Positions 60,621-64,000 of a DNA stretch of 64,000 bases are shown here, piece by piece. Every line of letters begins with the position of its first letter. The stretch's first letter is position 1. The translations under genes and the position numbers were made by a program. The stretch lies in assembly GCF_009914755.1 (NCBI RefSeq), contig NC_060939.1; one strand, given 5' to 3'. The notes beneath the pieces were generated by a model. The model ran no database searches. It worked only from the letters and a program-made list of their open reading frames with translations, and was not told the DNA's origin. The stretch is from the human T2T-CHM13v2.0 reference genome, Homo sapiens.

Positions 60621-61621
60621 GGAGGAAAGAATGCCAGGCTTCTGACTCTGCCAGGAGCCAGCAGTGGAATGTCAGCAAGTCCCTTGCCGTGTTTCTGCTT
60701 CTGTTTTCTAATCTGTAAGTCGAAATAAGAATGTCTAACTCCACACAGGGTTGGCAGTGGGATGAGGCCGTATATGTGAGAGCACTTTGGGAAGAAATAA
60801 ATAACGGCATTTGTCGTACATAAGATGTCACTCCTAAGAGTGGACTTCACAAGAAAGGAAGTGTGTTTGATCTCAGCTTTGGTTTACTAATCTAAGAAAA
60901 TAAAAACTGGATTCCAACAAGGGATTGTAAATTCTCACTGCATACCTGACACCAGTTACCATGATGACTCTTGTCTGGTTACTTGATCCCTGAGTCCTTC
61001 AGCTCCTACTTCTGTTGAGTGGGGAATAACAGCTCTTCACTGAGACTTTTATAAAGCACTCTGTGTGATTAATTTAAACATCATAATAATTCAAATTTCT
61101 ATGCATGGGGAAACTTAGCATTTTACGTGAAGTAAACCTTGGTGCAATAGTGTCACCTCTTTCCAGGTGCATTATTCACAATGTCATGGTTAGCTGACAC
61201 TCAGACATTTAGGAGATATAGTTAGACTGTAATAGCTTAAGGTTTCTCACAGCCTTCTCATTTTTCACACCTGCTGGGGAACCCACTCTCCTCTAGCCTC
61301 AGGGATTTGGTCCATATCCTTCCTGTTCTTCTTGTTCTCAGTCTGAAGCACTGTCCTCTCCTACCCGTCTTCTAAACCATAGGGTATTCACAGGCCACAT
61401 TGCAGCAAGCTCACAAGTGCCAGCCTGACGTGAGTAGTGCTAATATCAAATCTGACAACTTCCGTTCGGAGTCAGGCAGGCAGAATGGTATAGGGGGCAG
61501 AGCTTTGGCATCATACGAACCTGGGTTTTGAAACTCCACCATTCACCACCCTGTGTGACTCTGGGCCAGTCATTCAACCTCTTTGAATCTTGATTTCTTC
61601 CTGGTTAAAGGGATGAGAGTC

Positions 61622-61952
<331 letters not shown>

Positions 61953-63699
61953 CTAGAGTAAGTATACCCCAAAGGGAGAAAGGGAGGAATACATTTAATC
62001 AGCTAGGCATATGAAGAACTTAGCACGGCGGCACATAATGAGTACTATGTCAATGATCTTTGTCCTCTGTGGAAACATCCTTACTGGATGAAGTGGGGCT
62101 GCTTCTCCCAAAGTTCCAACCCTGGTTTGGGCAACTCCATCAACTTCCATGAACCCTCAGGGAAGAACGAGTAGAGATTTCCAGATATCCCTTTCCCCCA
62201 CACATTGGCCTCTCATAGAATGTAACTTTGGTCATAACAAACCCAGTCTTATTACTGAAATAAGTTGAAGCCTTCTAAACAAGTAGGCTTAGAACCTCTT
62301 TTCCACAGGAAATGCCTGATCACTGGAATTTTGTAGCTAGAAGGTATTCCTGAGCTCAGAGATGCCACATACTATTAAAATTATTGGTAATTTCCTCTTG
62401 CTTGGGCACTCAAGCTCTCTACCATTGCAGGAATTCATGAGCTGACTCCTTTATTTCAGGTGCTTCCAAACAAAACTGACAAGCAACACCCAGTTGCCTA
62501 CATTTTAGTTTGCATTCATCTCCACTGGGTATAGGGTACTAGGAGCATGCAGCACAATTGTGCTTCTCTTCCAGCTGGAGTCTGTAGACTGAGCCAGGCC
62601 ACCTTGTTTAGGCTCTAGTGCCTGACAAAGAGCTCAGTGGGCTGGAAGCCTAGTGCAGTTAACACTGATGGCTTTGTAGCTTGGACAGGTGAAAGTCAGC
62701 AAGCTTCCCAGTAGACCAATTGATCTGAGTTGCCTCTCTGGCCAGAAGCCAGCCCTGGCAGGGATCCAACTTCCTCTCAAGCACTGAGAAAGGGCTCAGG
62801 TGTATCTGGTGGCCGGCAGAGCAGGTAGTCAGCCAAGGCTTCATAGTTCTCACCCACGGCAATTCAGCTAGCAAACTAGAGACACTTCCCCAAGAAGACA
62901 CAGCGTGGCAAGACTGCTGAGACGCATAAAGAAATCTTAGCTGGTGAGTTACTTCTTTATGCCTGCCCCACTTGAAATAAGAGTTTGGGGCTCCTTTTAC
63001 TGTGATTAAAACTGGATTATTTATGCTAGCATCTCTGTTTTTTGACACAGCTATGCAAAACTTTTTGATCTTACATGTCTCTGTTTTCTTTACTGTCCAG
63101 GATTTTGTGGAAAGTAGAAATGATAGCAAGATATAGTTGGAGTTCTTAAAGAATGTTCAAAGAATCAGAAAGTTCAAACCCCAGAAACTTGGCTTCTCTT
63201 TAGAAATTCTGTTTCCCCTGAGGACAGTGGAGAAGGAAAAATACCTCCATAACTCCATTTTTATGATAGGGATTATGCCACTTAATCCCAGTGAATATTT
63301 GTAAAATTATTTTGAGACGTTTAGGAACGACATCATAGTCCATAATTACAAAGTGTATTGGTGCTTGTAACTGTAGAGATGTTTGTTTTTAGTGGGGGAA
63401 TCAGACCTGTCTGTGATAAGAAGGCTCCCTGGGTTCATATCACCCCTGAGATATTCCAGTTCGTAGGAAAGAAGTCAATTCAGAGGCAGTGAATGAGAGA
63501 AGTCCCATCATAATAGGTCTTATATAACTAGCCGTCAGCAGAAGGGAACTGCTAAAAACTGGGGGAAAGGGCACAGAAAAGTTATGGAAGGAGCAGTGCT
63601 AACTTGCTGCAATTGTCCCAACAAGAAGGAAGGTGCAGGGAAATGAAAGATAACTCTGTGGCCTCTTCCAGGGCGATGAGCAGCATAGTGCTTTTGTGA

Positions 63700-64000
<301 letters not shown>

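Overview
Primate genomic DNA, by sequence human. The window holds most of the carbonic anhydrase XII gene (CA12) on the minus strand. It includes a CpG-island promoter (~54.2-54.8 kb), ATG at 54406, and coding exons 1-9 (85, 21, 180, 143, 96, 64, 158, 127 and 33 nt), all with GT-AG boundaries that splice in frame into the CA XII signal peptide, catalytic domain and juxtamembrane segment. The transmembrane and cytoplasmic exons lie off the left edge. The rest is intronic or upstream DNA rich in Alu, ERV LTR (LTR8, MER4-group, LTR40-like, MER31-like), MER DNA transposon, L1 and L2 repeats. Nearly all other ORFs in the track are repeat-derived or chance. I see no evidence of a new protein-coding system. 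The best leads are regulatory or structural: a ~220-bp inverted duplication in intron 2; a compact ARE/AP-1 plus HIF motif cluster; an inverted HRE pair inside a Z-DNA-type tract; the -6 kb ERE; a sense LTR8 abutting the promoter with its poly(A) region disrupted by an Alu; a 21-nt microexon; and a possible divergent lncRNA first exon. Repeat family names come from recalled consensus sequences and need RepeatMasker/Dfam confirmation.
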